Source: Schmidtea nova
Lineage: Eukaryota
Direction: 5' to 3'
DNA: 64,000 bases
Assembly (NCBI GenBank): GCA_044892505.1
Contig: CM097884.1
Span: forward strand, 14,012,001 to 14,076,000
Position numbers and translations under genes: made by a program
Part shown: piece by piece, positions 24,501 to 33,088 of the stretch
Position numbering within the stretch: position 1 is the first letter of the stretch
Layout: every line of letters starts with the position of its first letter
Notes under the pieces: generated by a model
Databases searched by the model: none
What the model saw: only the letters and a program-made list of their open reading frames with translations
What the model was told of the DNA's origin: nothing

Positions 24501-25463
24501 CAATGTCAAACAATCAGAGGAACAACTGCAGTACAAATAAAAAGCTTAGAAAGAAATCAAACGTATGAAATATGCCTAGTAAAAGAAAATGATCAAATAA
24601 CGAAAGAAGATTTAGAATGCAGAATATACAGAGCACCGAACAGAATAAAAACCATTAAAGCAATACGAAAGAATAAAAGACAACAAAAACCGAAGCATAC
24701 CACTACCGAAAGTCAAACAGAACCAGAGAGGAAAACCTCAGCAACACTTATACTTTGGAAACTAGATAACAAAACAGTAGAAATATGTTGGACAATGATC
24801 AAGAAATATGAAGAAAGACAACCACAACAATGCGAAAAGATGAACAAAGAAGAGGAGATCAGAATTCAGAACCTACAATTGGACAAACAATACGAAATAT
24901 GCGCAATAGAAAAGGCAGATAAATTTGGAAACCAGCAAGAAAAATGTGGAAACTACTATACACCGACAAATACAACGATCAAAGGAAGAATCAAGAAACT
25001 AACTTTCGGAGAATTGAATCAAACAACGAAACAAATGGAAAACGAGGAAACAATAATAGATTCTTATGCACAATGGAAACCAGAAAAAGTAATCCAGGAA
25101 GTCAAAAGGAAACAACAAGAACGACAACAATTGGAACTCAAATTGAAAGGACAATATGGACCAATGATCAATCAAAGCAAATTCACCCAAATCAATGTTA
25201 ACAAGCAAGGAAGAGAATTAATCGGAGTAGGAATACTGGCAGTATGCGTACCAGTAATAATAATACTATCAATAATATGGCTATGGGACATAATAAAAAA
25301 GAAACCAACCAGACAATGGCCAGATATAAAGATTATGAATTGTAAAATCAAGATACCAGAAGAAGTAAAGAAAGAATTCCAAAGAAGAACCAAAGGCAAA
25401 GAATTTTGGAAGCAGATCGAAGACGAGGAGCGACACGATGAAAAGGCAGTGATGATAGTATAG
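18585..25463 (+). CDS. Gag(3xCCHC)-Ubl-like-aspartic protease-ankyrin-FN3-like-TM polyprotein (start uncertain; first in-frame ATG at 18951)
   Basis: Capsid-like FNGDASKLETFLKEF; CCHC x3 (19662-19814); MIDTGA...IIGTD protease (~20822-21150); ankyrin-like repeats (~21490-21780 and ~22490-22765); signal-like segment (~23490-23540); Cys-containing FN3-like repeats; TM segment (~25218-25286). Confidence 0.88.
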   Translation: MRSRAVSATIEKVDNSQRNKSKQRATSATKKTNPKGSKSRRVIVEKSKVENSKFAKTNESETEESLSETYDKYNNTEASDNESINTEEVEAEIDNNSNETNNEHTSETRGNESKTTQDSGIEMNEHKEEIKDKFTGEPFNGDASKLETFLKEFGIFVEVCKWKPETIRSRIQLYLKDSALDLYLEAKNSDDQLDSWEKIKNFFQQTFGINKVLNEAFTEFSMRKQKVNESNAVYASELKKLAKLAFNQNSPMSPELMAAIFVGGLRRPDIRAQVGCQGCKTIDEALEIANRFELHMIGSEGRIYLAMDTTQNEQAMKINNHIPNSQQLNRPPPQRRNEGNKVQNFGNQNNYNTQGQTKQCQTCGKLGHWQQECFANLNCKKCGRKGHSESRCYLNSCYNCGQPGHMAKNCQQQNNQQRNWSNNGNRQSYANQQNNGNRQNYENQQSNYNQNKSTTKEIHLLQEVQRLTELINNTPRGNQQTNQQQMNMMRKVESENERLNRESQARHAQEWARIQREDEQKRQERERQPLRINMMRAANQTRDNKEDIEPETNQINPNPEDEENQKEKVQENEEDIEQKRMLVVMPNDHVFRFEYDEKEEVEVLINKVNKTIPGTTKLPREAFLQTEDEAAIKLKPTDIWKDLGVPMNKMKVTVIQEIEENNDEEKSKPVTKVKSRALKIFEEKIKQRKAMEIEKRRGQIEESGNNDKKEEIPPNSIPENYELRRCRSMDPQGDSLTIAVMSSNTGPVLTTTIEINGKEIEAMIDTGANISAIDVKWIPQEQRQEIERTNVHVIACSKEIVEVAGRWWVKIRHQNIEIETYVAVIPALSVPCIIGTDLMPTLFKEIIIDLGTMRLKDRTGKICAMKTKVINSKQIMIPEERIMTRSQTIRINMLRAEEINTTSQVDSEKIDVDKEIVRKAKEINERWEIRQEKDVLWDIRQIISDYARGCPTKPIIIELLKKIPEILVLQDTGGATALHNAISWGKTEKVKEFLKIAKETNQNLDIVNRELETPMMTATLSLADKEIVDMLINAEFNWTARDRRGNTVLNHAIMSENQMILKHITTNLTWEIDELIKGEIMKEAIRKGNTKTIWKLIQWKWPDNKTWVLDINKEFSEGQNALLRYLLEFTCDQRTMLALINRGKINISKNEEEYKLEVEKKALFRKIWVWCQKQIRKDISYKNLNDFQEKYKIIIKEYKKLVEILNDPEKFNQAINQKEEESKRILTPLFNAKIDYQERLDAIHKKAKELLPEFKDTKYALEILGAIVEKVHAYAKGMYNGDDIITIKREMPVAFLLTKERIIPIHRALRAGKDGKVIEIARLMHQCGCDMNMIDEKGDTLMVYAARAKTKIKVLEELYKAGAGLIGKTVKDNSILDVTLLGPNWEMLNFIKTITNQEEIDYLTETVKRPSVLTMMQNIKLTEEVLNWKIPNTNKPAFKVNKFMENNRNWCIQSALITYIWPEIVEIFMRREDLRFTNKPKETEKVVKWKELMRTHLQSWIKAKKEIIQYQLDNKKIPEDIEFQEFEASNLTSLYYAKLIETSNVEDDIFNEPGRDNNTDKDDDDEENNDDERNKDDDDENNHGNPDNHEQTNKEDENQERNTKNQESKEQREDNPKNNHENKGTSYRRNPLFRPEVLMFAIIITLMGQCEATKQEISVEMGVPIQKASTQIMNSKDIEQVCWVKENEILGDNNLLRCIIPNPERKTIIIDEMDMETWYRICTIRKPKDEKSHKTVTCQVYKTPKVRYEFANGIDLPGPFYFKITREPASRKVLQQPRTKITTPSIRNTTDKPETNRRNTTDKPEPKRRTKQTTRVIYNSKLLCIALIMTILKRLEEGIEMDTMTLIDMEETQITNQKCWFRNDEKLELKESREIRKLEAGKTNKVIKIIKIKTDRIHKLCLLEKERNKKGITNCKTFQAGKIITFARKMGKRNKQNFQKLTITLEITGIEQNVNGVCWRKYEKEANKHKSSQCQTIRGTTAVQIKSLERNQTYEICLVKENDQITKEDLECRIYRAPNRIKTIKAIRKNKRQQKPKHTTTESQTEPERKTSATLILWKLDNKTVEICWTMIKKYEERQPQQCEKMNKEEEIRIQNLQLDKQYEICAIEKADKFGNQQEKCGNYYTPTNTTIKGRIKKLTFGELNQTTKQMENEETIIDSYAQWKPEKVIQEVKRKQQERQQLELKLKGQYGPMINQSKFTQINVNKQGRELIGVGILAVCVPVIIILSIIWLWDIIKKKPTRQWPDIKIMNCKIKIPEEVKKEFQRRTKGKEFWKQIEDEERHDEKAVMIV

Positions 25464-25585
25464 AGGGTGGGATATGACTGTAAATAATATTGTAAATTAC
25501 AAAGCATTACCGTATATAGTATGGGTATTAGTATTATAGAGTATATAAAAAGAGAAAAGAGAAAAATAATAATGTATTTTAGAAA

Positions 25586-25921
25586 ATGAATGTACAAGGA
25601 GAAACAACCGAAATGACTATGACTATGCGATGGAAAGCACAATGTGAAACGTTAGTTCGATCAATTAATGCACTACAGAATCAATTGGTAGAGAAGCAAA
25701 ATATATTAGCAGATTGTTACAACAATATCTTTGAGCAGTTACATAAAATAGAAGAGCAACAGAAAATAATAACAGAACTAACCAGAGAGAATCAAAGATT
25801 GAGACAAACGATGGAAATAAATCAACTAACAAGAAGAGATGAATCAGAAGGTCAATGGCTAGATTGGGTAATAAATGGATTAGAGAATGATATAGAACCA
25901 GATTCAACGAGCGAACCATAG
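25586..25921 (+). CDS. 111-aa coiled-coil protein of unknown function
   Basis: Intact ORF, heptad-like pattern, TTTTAG|AAAATG upstream. Confidence 0.6.
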   Translation: MNVQGETTEMTMTMRWKAQCETLVRSINALQNQLVEKQNILADCYNNIFEQLHKIEEQQKIITELTRENQRLRQTMEINQLTRRDESEGQWLDWVINGLENDIEPDSTSEP

Positions 25922-26018
25922 TCAAATTGTAGCGGAAAATTGTATATATGTAAAAATAACAACTCTAGAAAAATCAAAAACAAAGAACAAATCAATGTAT
26001 GTATATATTATTGTAGAA

Positions 26019-27374
26019 ATGGATAAAGAGGAACGAGCAGTCGAGATTTTGAGAGCAGCAAACAGAAATTGGAACAAGAGATTTGTATGTGGATATTGTA
26101 ATAATTTATTACGGAAACCAAAGCAAACCGCCTGTGGATGTAGATTATGCACTAGATGTGTACAAATGTTAGAGTTAAAAGGAATAACAGAATGTCCAGA
26201 ATGTAAAGAAGGACAAATAGTGTTAGACGAAACGAGACCAGATAGAGCAACTCAGAGAGAAATCATGAGCATATTAATTGAATGTATAAATCCACCATGC
26301 ATATGGCAAGGACAAATCAGTGAAATTGAAAATCATATAGAAAATTGTGAAGAAAAGAGAAGCGAATGTGAAAAGTGTAAAGAAACGATAATTTTAAAAG
26401 ACAAAGAGAAACACAGAGATGAATGCAAAGAGGAAGAAATCGCATGTGAATATTGCGAAATTCGAGAAACAAGGAGAAAAATTGAAGAGGAGCACATCAA
26501 TATAAAAGAAGAGAAAATATGTGAACAGTATGTAGGAGTGTGCCCAAACAAATGTGAAATTACCGAAGAAGTGAAATTACGAGAACATTGGGAAAAGTGT
26601 ACAGAAATACCAAGAGAATGTCCTTACAACAGATATGGATGCAAGGAAAAGAAGTCTCAACAAAATATGAAACAACATTTAGAAACAGAAGCAATCAATC
26701 ATATTGAAATGACAGACAGAACAATTCAGAAATTGGAAAAAGAAGTGGAATCTCATAAAATAATGATGAACCTATTATTAGAAACGAGAGAACAGTTTGA
26801 ATTAACCCGAGGAAGGATGGAAAAGAAAATAATAGCCATCAAGGAATTAGCAAAAGGAATGAAAGTGCAATATAACAAGTTAATACAAGAAATTGATGAG
26901 AAAAAAGATTTACCAATAGCACCTTATGTGTGGAAAATAACGGATTTCCGAAATAAATTGGAAGATGCACGAAGCTTCAAGAAAACTGCGGTAATAAGCC
27001 CACCATTTTACTTATGGAAAAACGGGGCTAAAGTGAGATTGAAAGTATATCCAAACGGAGATGGGACAAGTATGGGAAAACACCTATCAATATTTTTTGC
27101 GTTTTGCAAAGGAGAATATGACGATTTAATCGATTGGCCGATAGGAGTAGGAGTAATGATAAAAATCAGGGGTTTAAACGAAACCATAGAAAAGAGATTC
27201 ACGACAGACAAAGGAGCAGTTACGAGTAACAGACCAACAGAAGAATGTGGATTAGCAAGTGGAGAACCACACTTTGTATTACAAAGCAAGATATGGGGAT
27301 TATTGTATGAGGACACCTTATACATAGAAATGGAAAGGAACGAAAAGGCAGATAGAAAAGGATGGTTGGCGTAG
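26019..27374 (+). CDS. Intronless TRAF-family protein (RING, zinc fingers, coiled coil, MATH/TRAF-C)
   Basis: RING CGYC...CGCRLCTRC...CPEC; TRAF zinc finger PDRATQREIMSILIEC..PCIWQGQISEIENHIENC; TRAF-C YVWKITDF...SPPFY...VYPNGDG..GKHLSIFF...GEYDDLIDWP. Start placed at 26019 (TGTAG|AAATG) rather than the track's 25995. Confidence 0.92.
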   Translation: MDKEERAVEILRAANRNWNKRFVCGYCNNLLRKPKQTACGCRLCTRCVQMLELKGITECPECKEGQIVLDETRPDRATQREIMSILIECINPPCIWQGQISEIENHIENCEEKRSECEKCKETIILKDKEKHRDECKEEEIACEYCEIRETRRKIEEEHINIKEEKICEQYVGVCPNKCEITEEVKLREHWEKCTEIPRECPYNRYGCKEKKSQQNMKQHLETEAINHIEMTDRTIQKLEKEVESHKIMMNLLLETREQFELTRGRMEKKIIAIKELAKGMKVQYNKLIQEIDEKKDLPIAPYVWKITDFRNKLEDARSFKKTAVISPPFYLWKNGAKVRLKVYPNGDGTSMGKHLSIFFAFCKGEYDDLIDWPIGVGVMIKIRGLNETIEKRFTTDKGAVTSNRPTEECGLASGEPHFVLQSKIWGLLYEDTLYIEMERNEKADRKGWLA

Positions 27375-27478
27375 CAAGAGAAAATGATCGTGTAAATAAA
27401 CTGTACAAAACAATATAAAATGATAAATAAACAAAATAATAAAAGTAGCCTGATTGAAAATATTTGTAATTATAGAAA

Positions 27479-28582
27479 ATGGGAAACGTCGAAATCAGTT
27501 TACAAGCAGTAACCGCACATCAAGATGAAGTTATTTGTGAGCATTTAGAACAAATTGAAAGTTGGATCCACGCATATTACCACAAACAAAAAGAAGTAGA
27601 AAGACAAGCCGAACAAATAACAGAAGCCAAAAGATTAAAGCAATTAAGTCAAGATAAAATAGACGAATTATATGAATTATTGGAGAAACAAAAAGAATAT
27701 TATAAAAAGATGATGAAAGAACGACGAGAAGAAAGAGAGCGAGAACGAACAGAAATGGAACGAAAAATGTACTCGATTACCGAGCAAGCAAGATATTGGA
27801 AAAAAGAAGCGAAAGAATCTTATACGAAAGCAAGAGAAATAATCGAAAGAACGGCGTACAGCGATGATTGGAAGTTATTTGAAGAAATCGATAAATTAAA
27901 AGAGGAATTAGAACAGAAAACCTATCAGGAAATATCGAGCAAGAAATGGAATATAAAGAGACAACAATTCATCAGAGAGCAAGCAGGAAAAATTAAACAA
28001 CTTCTGCACCAGATTGAAAGATCGGAAAGAGAATTATATTTCAGTAAACAACAATCCGATGCAAACCTCAGAGCAGGGATGCAGAAAGAGGAAGATATGA
28101 AGCGCGATATTAATGGTTATCAAGGAGTAATCACTCAAAAGAAGATAGAGTTAAAGAAAACTAAAGAAAGATTAGAAGAAACAAAACAAAGCTATGAAGA
28201 AAATTTATTAAAATTAGAAGAAGCAAAACAAAGCTATGAGGAAAATTTATTAAATCTAACCAAAGAAAATGAAGAGTTGAAACAAAAACTGATACAAAAA
28301 TTAACACCACCAAAAGAGACAGATATCACCAAAGCAGTAATAAAAATGATGGAAGAGGAAGAGAAAAACAATAAAATAACAGAATTAGAAAAACGGATCG
28401 AAGCGTTAACAGAACAATCAAATTATTTAGAATATCTGTTAGACGAAGAAATCCAATTATCACACTTCTATCGAGATGAAGTAACAATGTGGAGAAACAC
28501 GATAGTATGGTTACCACCCCCTACAAACCAAGTGGAACCTCAAGATGAAGGTTTTCACGAACCCAATGAGTCGTTAGTATAA
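27479..28582 (+). CDS. 367-aa long coiled-coil protein
   Basis: Intact E/K-rich ORF with internal repeat KQSYEENLL x2; TTATAG|AAAATG upstream. Confidence 0.7.
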   Translation: MGNVEISLQAVTAHQDEVICEHLEQIESWIHAYYHKQKEVERQAEQITEAKRLKQLSQDKIDELYELLEKQKEYYKKMMKERREERERERTEMERKMYSITEQARYWKKEAKESYTKAREIIERTAYSDDWKLFEEIDKLKEELEQKTYQEISSKKWNIKRQQFIREQAGKIKQLLHQIERSERELYFSKQQSDANLRAGMQKEEDMKRDINGYQGVITQKKIELKKTKERLEETKQSYEENLLKLEEAKQSYEENLLNLTKENEELKQKLIQKLTPPKETDITKAVIKMMEEEEKNNKITELEKRIEALTEQSNYLEYLLDEEIQLSHFYRDEVTMWRNTIVWLPPPTNQVEPQDEGFHEPNESLV

Positions 28583-28657
28583 AAGAAGTGCGAAAATTAG
28601 TTGTAAATATCTGTAACATAACAATGTCAAACTGTATTGACAAATTTGTAAAGTGAA

Positions 28658-29221
28658 ATGAAGAAGCTCGCAATACTGATAATCCTAAACGTAATCGAGA
28701 TCACCCAACAAAGAGAAGACCGTCCGATATTAAAAGAAAACCTACAAGTCTTACCCGAAAAAATCTATAAAGAAATAGATAATCTATTAAAAGAAGCAAT
28801 CAAAGAAATATCTCAAATTCAATTGTCAACAGCACCTAACCCAGTATCAACGCAACAAACCCTGTGCAAAATCAATAACAAATTAGAGAAGATTCGAAAA
28901 ACCTTAAAAGAAAGTAAAGAAACTATAAAGAATTTACATCGAGCAGAAATTCAATACCAAGAGAGATGGATCGTTGCGATTATAATCGTATTAACAATTA
29001 GTACAACAACCTGCGCAATTACCATTCTCATCGCAGTATATAGAATAAAGATCCTAAAACAAAAACAATCGATCATCAATCAAACAACAGCATACGATGA
29101 CAATGCCCGAAGACAAATGAGAAATCAGTTCAACAGAATACGAACCCAATACGAGTTACCAGCAATTCCACAGAACCAGTCCAATCCAGTGCGAGTTATG
29201 AACTATTTGTATAAACAATAA
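28658..29221 (+). CDS. 187-aa predicted type-I membrane protein
   Basis: Signal-like MKKLAILIILNVIE, coiled coil, TM WIVAIIIVLTISTTTCAITILIAVY, then basic stop-transfer RIKILK. Confidence 0.7.
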   Translation: MKKLAILIILNVIEITQQREDRPILKENLQVLPEKIYKEIDNLLKEAIKEISQIQLSTAPNPVSTQQTLCKINNKLEKIRKTLKESKETIKNLHRAEIQYQERWIVAIIIVLTISTTTCAITILIAVYRIKILKQKQSIINQTTAYDDNARRQMRNQFNRIRTQYELPAIPQNQSNPVRVMNYLYKQ

Positions 29222-29380
29222 AGACGTGACAAAATATTTGATTAACAATTTTCTGAATTTTCTATATTTTCTTCGTGATTACGTATAGACTAAACTCACC
29301 TTATGTGAATCTTTATGCTTATGTATCAAACGTAAAATTTTTTATGAATGTTGAGTATAAGTAATAGTGTATAATTAATT

Positions 29381-29411
29381 GCGGGACGCAATTTTAGGGG
29401 TCCCCGAGTGA
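29381..29411 (+). promoter_or_regulatory. Atypical PPT region before the 3' LTR
   Basis: GCGGGACGCAATTTTAGGGGTCCCCGAGTGA directly abuts TGTTGG; only a short purine run. Confidence 0.45.
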
Positions 29412-32197
29412 TGTTGGATCCACCATTTGGTCCACATTTAGCATAAAAAATAATAATAATAAGAGAGAAAATAAGAATAAATTAAAATAAATATAATTAT
29501 GAAAATATCAGTAAAAACGAATTAAAATGTAATAAAGAATATTAATTTAATATAAAAAAATTGGAAGAAAATAAATGTATAATGTAAAAACGTTAAAGAA
29601 AATGATATTTAATTATATTTAAATAATAAGAAAGCGAAATAAATAAGTAAAAAAGAAGAAGAATTAATAAAAATTCGATAAATTAAAACCAGAAAATGCA
29701 AATCATATTTGCTAATAAAATTGATTTTATTTTTAATAGAATTGCATTGATGACCATCAGATTGATGCTGATTGGTCAATGAACTGATCTGGTCAGTATA
29801 AATACTGATCCAGATTCAGATATTTTTAATGTTTTTGTGATTGAAAAATTTTTTCTTTGTATTGCTATATACAAACTTTGGAAACTAATAGGTATGAGTA
29901 TTTTTGTTTTATTGAATTTATAAATTTTATGATTATCTGTCATTGACCATTGTAGTTAATTATTAATAAAATATTTTATGATATATGATTTTTAAATTTT
30001 TGTCGAGTATAGAATTAAACCCAGCTTCTTCCACTGTGAAATCAGTGGAAGGAGATGACTATATTTATATATTATATATCTTTTATTAAGCTTCTTCCAT
30101 CGTGTAATCGGTGGAAGGAGGTAACAGTATCAGTTTATACTAACAACTAACAAGTATATTTTTTAGAAGTAATTTTTGGGTCGAGCTTCTTCCACTGTGT
30201 AATCAGTGGAAGGAGGCGTATATATATTATCTATATACCGTATTTATAGTATAAAATTACGTATGATTTAAGGGGCTCCGTTCACCGTGCAATCGGGAAC
30301 ATGGAGGCATACTGTGCCGAGTAGAAACGACTGCTCCGTACAGTTAGGCCGTCCGACCGGTGTAAAGCGCCGTGACGAGGGTAGGAATGTTATTTTTGAT
30401 TTCTAACCTTATTTTTCACTGGATAGTATAACCAGTTGAAGTTTTATTTTCTAACCGATTTAGTTTTTCATGAGTGTATAGTTAAATTGAGTTTTGATTT
30501 TAGTTGGATACAGATGTAACTGCGATTTGAGTAATCTGATTTTACCTTGAGATTCACAGAGTGTTAGCGTACATTTTTCGATGGTCACATCTGGGGTTTG
30601 TGGGCATAGAGCGGCAGATACACGGTTAAGAATCTGTACAAAATATAATTTTAATAACAACATAAAAATCGATAATGCTAACAACGTAGTGATCTACTAC
30701 GCAAGTAACATAGCAGCAATAGGCTATAGGTTCAAACATTCCACCTAAATAATTAAACATAATTGCTTATCCTGAACCCTGTACATAGGGCAGTGGATCT
30801 TAGTTTATTTTAATAACTTTCTTATCCTGAATGCTGTATATAGCACAGGCGTAACTAAATAAAATGCATTATGAAATAAATGTATCTGATCGCTGTATAT
30901 AGCGACAGTGTTGAAAGCGTAATAGGTACATCATTTTCTTTTCCTAAATTAACAATTACCAATTGTCAAAAGTATGAGAATCGTTCGAATCAAGACTACT
31001 AATTTCATGTTAATAAACCAATTTCGAATTTTAGAAAATGTCAGCCAACACAGCAACTAACCAAGCCGAATTAGACAAAGCATGGAGAATAATCCGCAGC
31101 CTCGAAAAGGAAATGCTGCGAAAATCAGAGAAAATAAAAGAAGCCGATGGAATAATTACCAACCTAAAGAAAAGCTGGTTCAGTCCAGAACAAATGAAAA
31201 TGCAAATCACCAAAACTCAACGCTCACAGCGAGCTAACAGCGAACTGCAAATGGAATTGGACGCAACGAAGATGGAATTAAAGAAATGCCTAAAATCTGT
31301 AACGGCATCATATCTAACTCAAGAGCTCAGCCAGCTCATTCGACCAATCACTTATCAGCATTGGGCTGACGAAAAGGCAGGATGCTCAAAAGGAACAAGC
31401 ACAGAGGAACCATCTCAGGTTCAAGCAACGGCGGCCTCCATCACACCAAAGGACGTAATAATTCCAGAAGTCAAGAAGAAAAAGAAGAGTAAGATGGGCG
31501 CACGTCAGCGACGCTGGAAGAAACAAGTTCTTCAGCAATTGGCTCAACAATCCAAAGAAATTCCAGAAATTGATTTGAACATGAATTTTGCAATATCAGA
31601 TGAAGATATTACCAAATACTTTGAATAGGAATTTTGTGATTTGTAAATTTTGCTTATTAAATAATTTTTGTTTTGTATTTATCTTATTGTAAAGTATATG
31701 AACTAAAGTATTTTATTAAAGGATTTTTAAATTAAATTAAATGTAGATTATAAATAAAAGATTGACATAAAGTAATGAACAATAATAGCATTAAAGAAAT
31801 AACATATCGTAAAAATATTATTTGTTGATATTGTAAAGAAGGGGGCTGAAAGAAAGTTGAAAGTGGAAATATATTGTAACGAAAGGGGGCGAAAAGAGAT
31901 AATTGAAATGAAAGATAATGGATGCGGATAGATTAAAATTAAAGCGTAAGTCCTTCTATCGGCAGCGAGACGAACCCGTGAACATAAATGGGGAGTAGTT
32001 TTAGCAATAGAGCTCACCTGCCCATCATTGTTCAAACACCTTGCACATTTCCAACTCGATTATTACAGGGAAATGATCGAGGGTGCTCGTGTGATATGTA
32101 AGCATTTTATGTGAGGTTTTGGATGGAGGAATCCCTAGAGCGTTTAAGAATAATTATTAATTTTGTATTTTTGTTTTAACCCAATCCGAAACCAACA
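29412..32197 (+). repeat. 3' LTR (family 1)
   Basis: No differences from the 5' LTR seen by eye; all ORF-track translations in the two LTRs are identical. Confidence 0.95.
31038..31628 (+). CDS. ORF-B copy in the 3' LTR
   Basis: Identical translation to 14290-14880. Confidence 0.8.
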   Translation: MSANTATNQAELDKAWRIIRSLEKEMLRKSEKIKEADGIITNLKKSWFSPEQMKMQITKTQRSQRANSELQMELDATKMELKKCLKSVTASYLTQELSQLIRPITYQHWADEKAGCSKGTSTEEPSQVQATAASITPKDVIIPEVKKKKKSKMGARQRRWKKQVLQQLAQQSKEIPEIDLNMNFAISDEDITKYFE

Positions 32198-33088
32198 ATA
32201 CCTTATTTTAATATTAAAAGGGGTCGCCGATGTTTTTCTTAATTTTCCTAAATTAATGTAAATTACTAATGCATTTTATAAATCTTCTATAGCTCAAAGT
32301 GAATAATTTGAAATTCTAAATTAATAAAACCTCTAAATTATAATTATTGCCTGTTACTAAGGCCTCGGGTGAAATTTGAAAGTTTTAGAGTAATTTCTAT
32401 TTAATTTAAGTATGATTTTGGGATTAATGCAAATTGATTATCTTAGTTAACGTGAACCAATAGATTTTCCCTTAATTTAATATACATTAAAGCTAACTCT
32501 TGTAAATAACGTGAATAAGCGCTATCCAGTGATTTTATAAATCGAATATAGCCAAGTAGCGGCTGGCCTGGCGTCAATAGACATTCCGAGTTGGGTCGTA
32601 ACAAAATGCTTGGAGATGATTTTATGAGCGAAATGAATATATTAAAGATGTTTGCGTTGGTGTAACATAGCGCAAAACGGTTAAGCGGAATAATTGATGT
32701 TATATTCTCCAGAATTTAATATTTAAATGATTAAAATTGAGAGGGCATTTATTTTAGCACATCGCTGATCAGTTTAATAGACACCAAATCTGAACTGAAG
32801 ATTTGTGAAATAAAAACGAGGTAGCACCTTGCTCGAACCTCTCGAAAAACCTCGATACTTTTCGAATAATGATTGAAATGATCCTGTTTTGCCTGTGGCA
32901 TGGATATATTTATTTGGACATAATTCTTGAATAATATGCAAAATTGCTGACGTTTTGTTGTTCATAATGATTGATTTCGATATAATAATAAATTGGTATT
33001 GATGTGATTATTTATTTTGATTTGCCTATTAAAATCCCTACTGAATAGTTATAGATTATGTAACTAATATGGACAAAATTGGCGAAGA

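Larger units (their letters stand above)
12664..32197 (+). mobile_element. Complete 19.5-kb non-autonomous Ty3/Gypsy-like LTR element with accessory gene cassette
   Basis: Two 2,786-bp LTRs at a constant offset of 16,748; TGTTGG...CCAACA termini; 4-bp TSD ATAC (12660-12663 and 32198-32201); PBS; gag with three CCHC motifs and DTG protease. No RT, RNase H or integrase motifs seen. Confidence 0.93.

Noticed and set aside
19450-25642. Many antisense hydrophobic ORFs (e.g. 19450-20172, 240 aa)
   Set aside because: Shadow frames of the very A-rich sense ORF; F/L/V-biased with no domain motifs.
25995-26018. Track start of the TRAF ORF
   Set aside because: These codons (MYVYIIVE) overlap the AT-rich acceptor tract; ATG 26019 matches the AG|..ATG pattern of the neighbouring ORFs.
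12664-32197. The two identical 2.8-kb blocks as a segmental duplication or assembly duplication
   Set aside because: TG...CA inverted termini, an exact 4-bp TSD and a PBS right after the first copy define LTRs. Perfect identity could still be inflated by consensus collapse.
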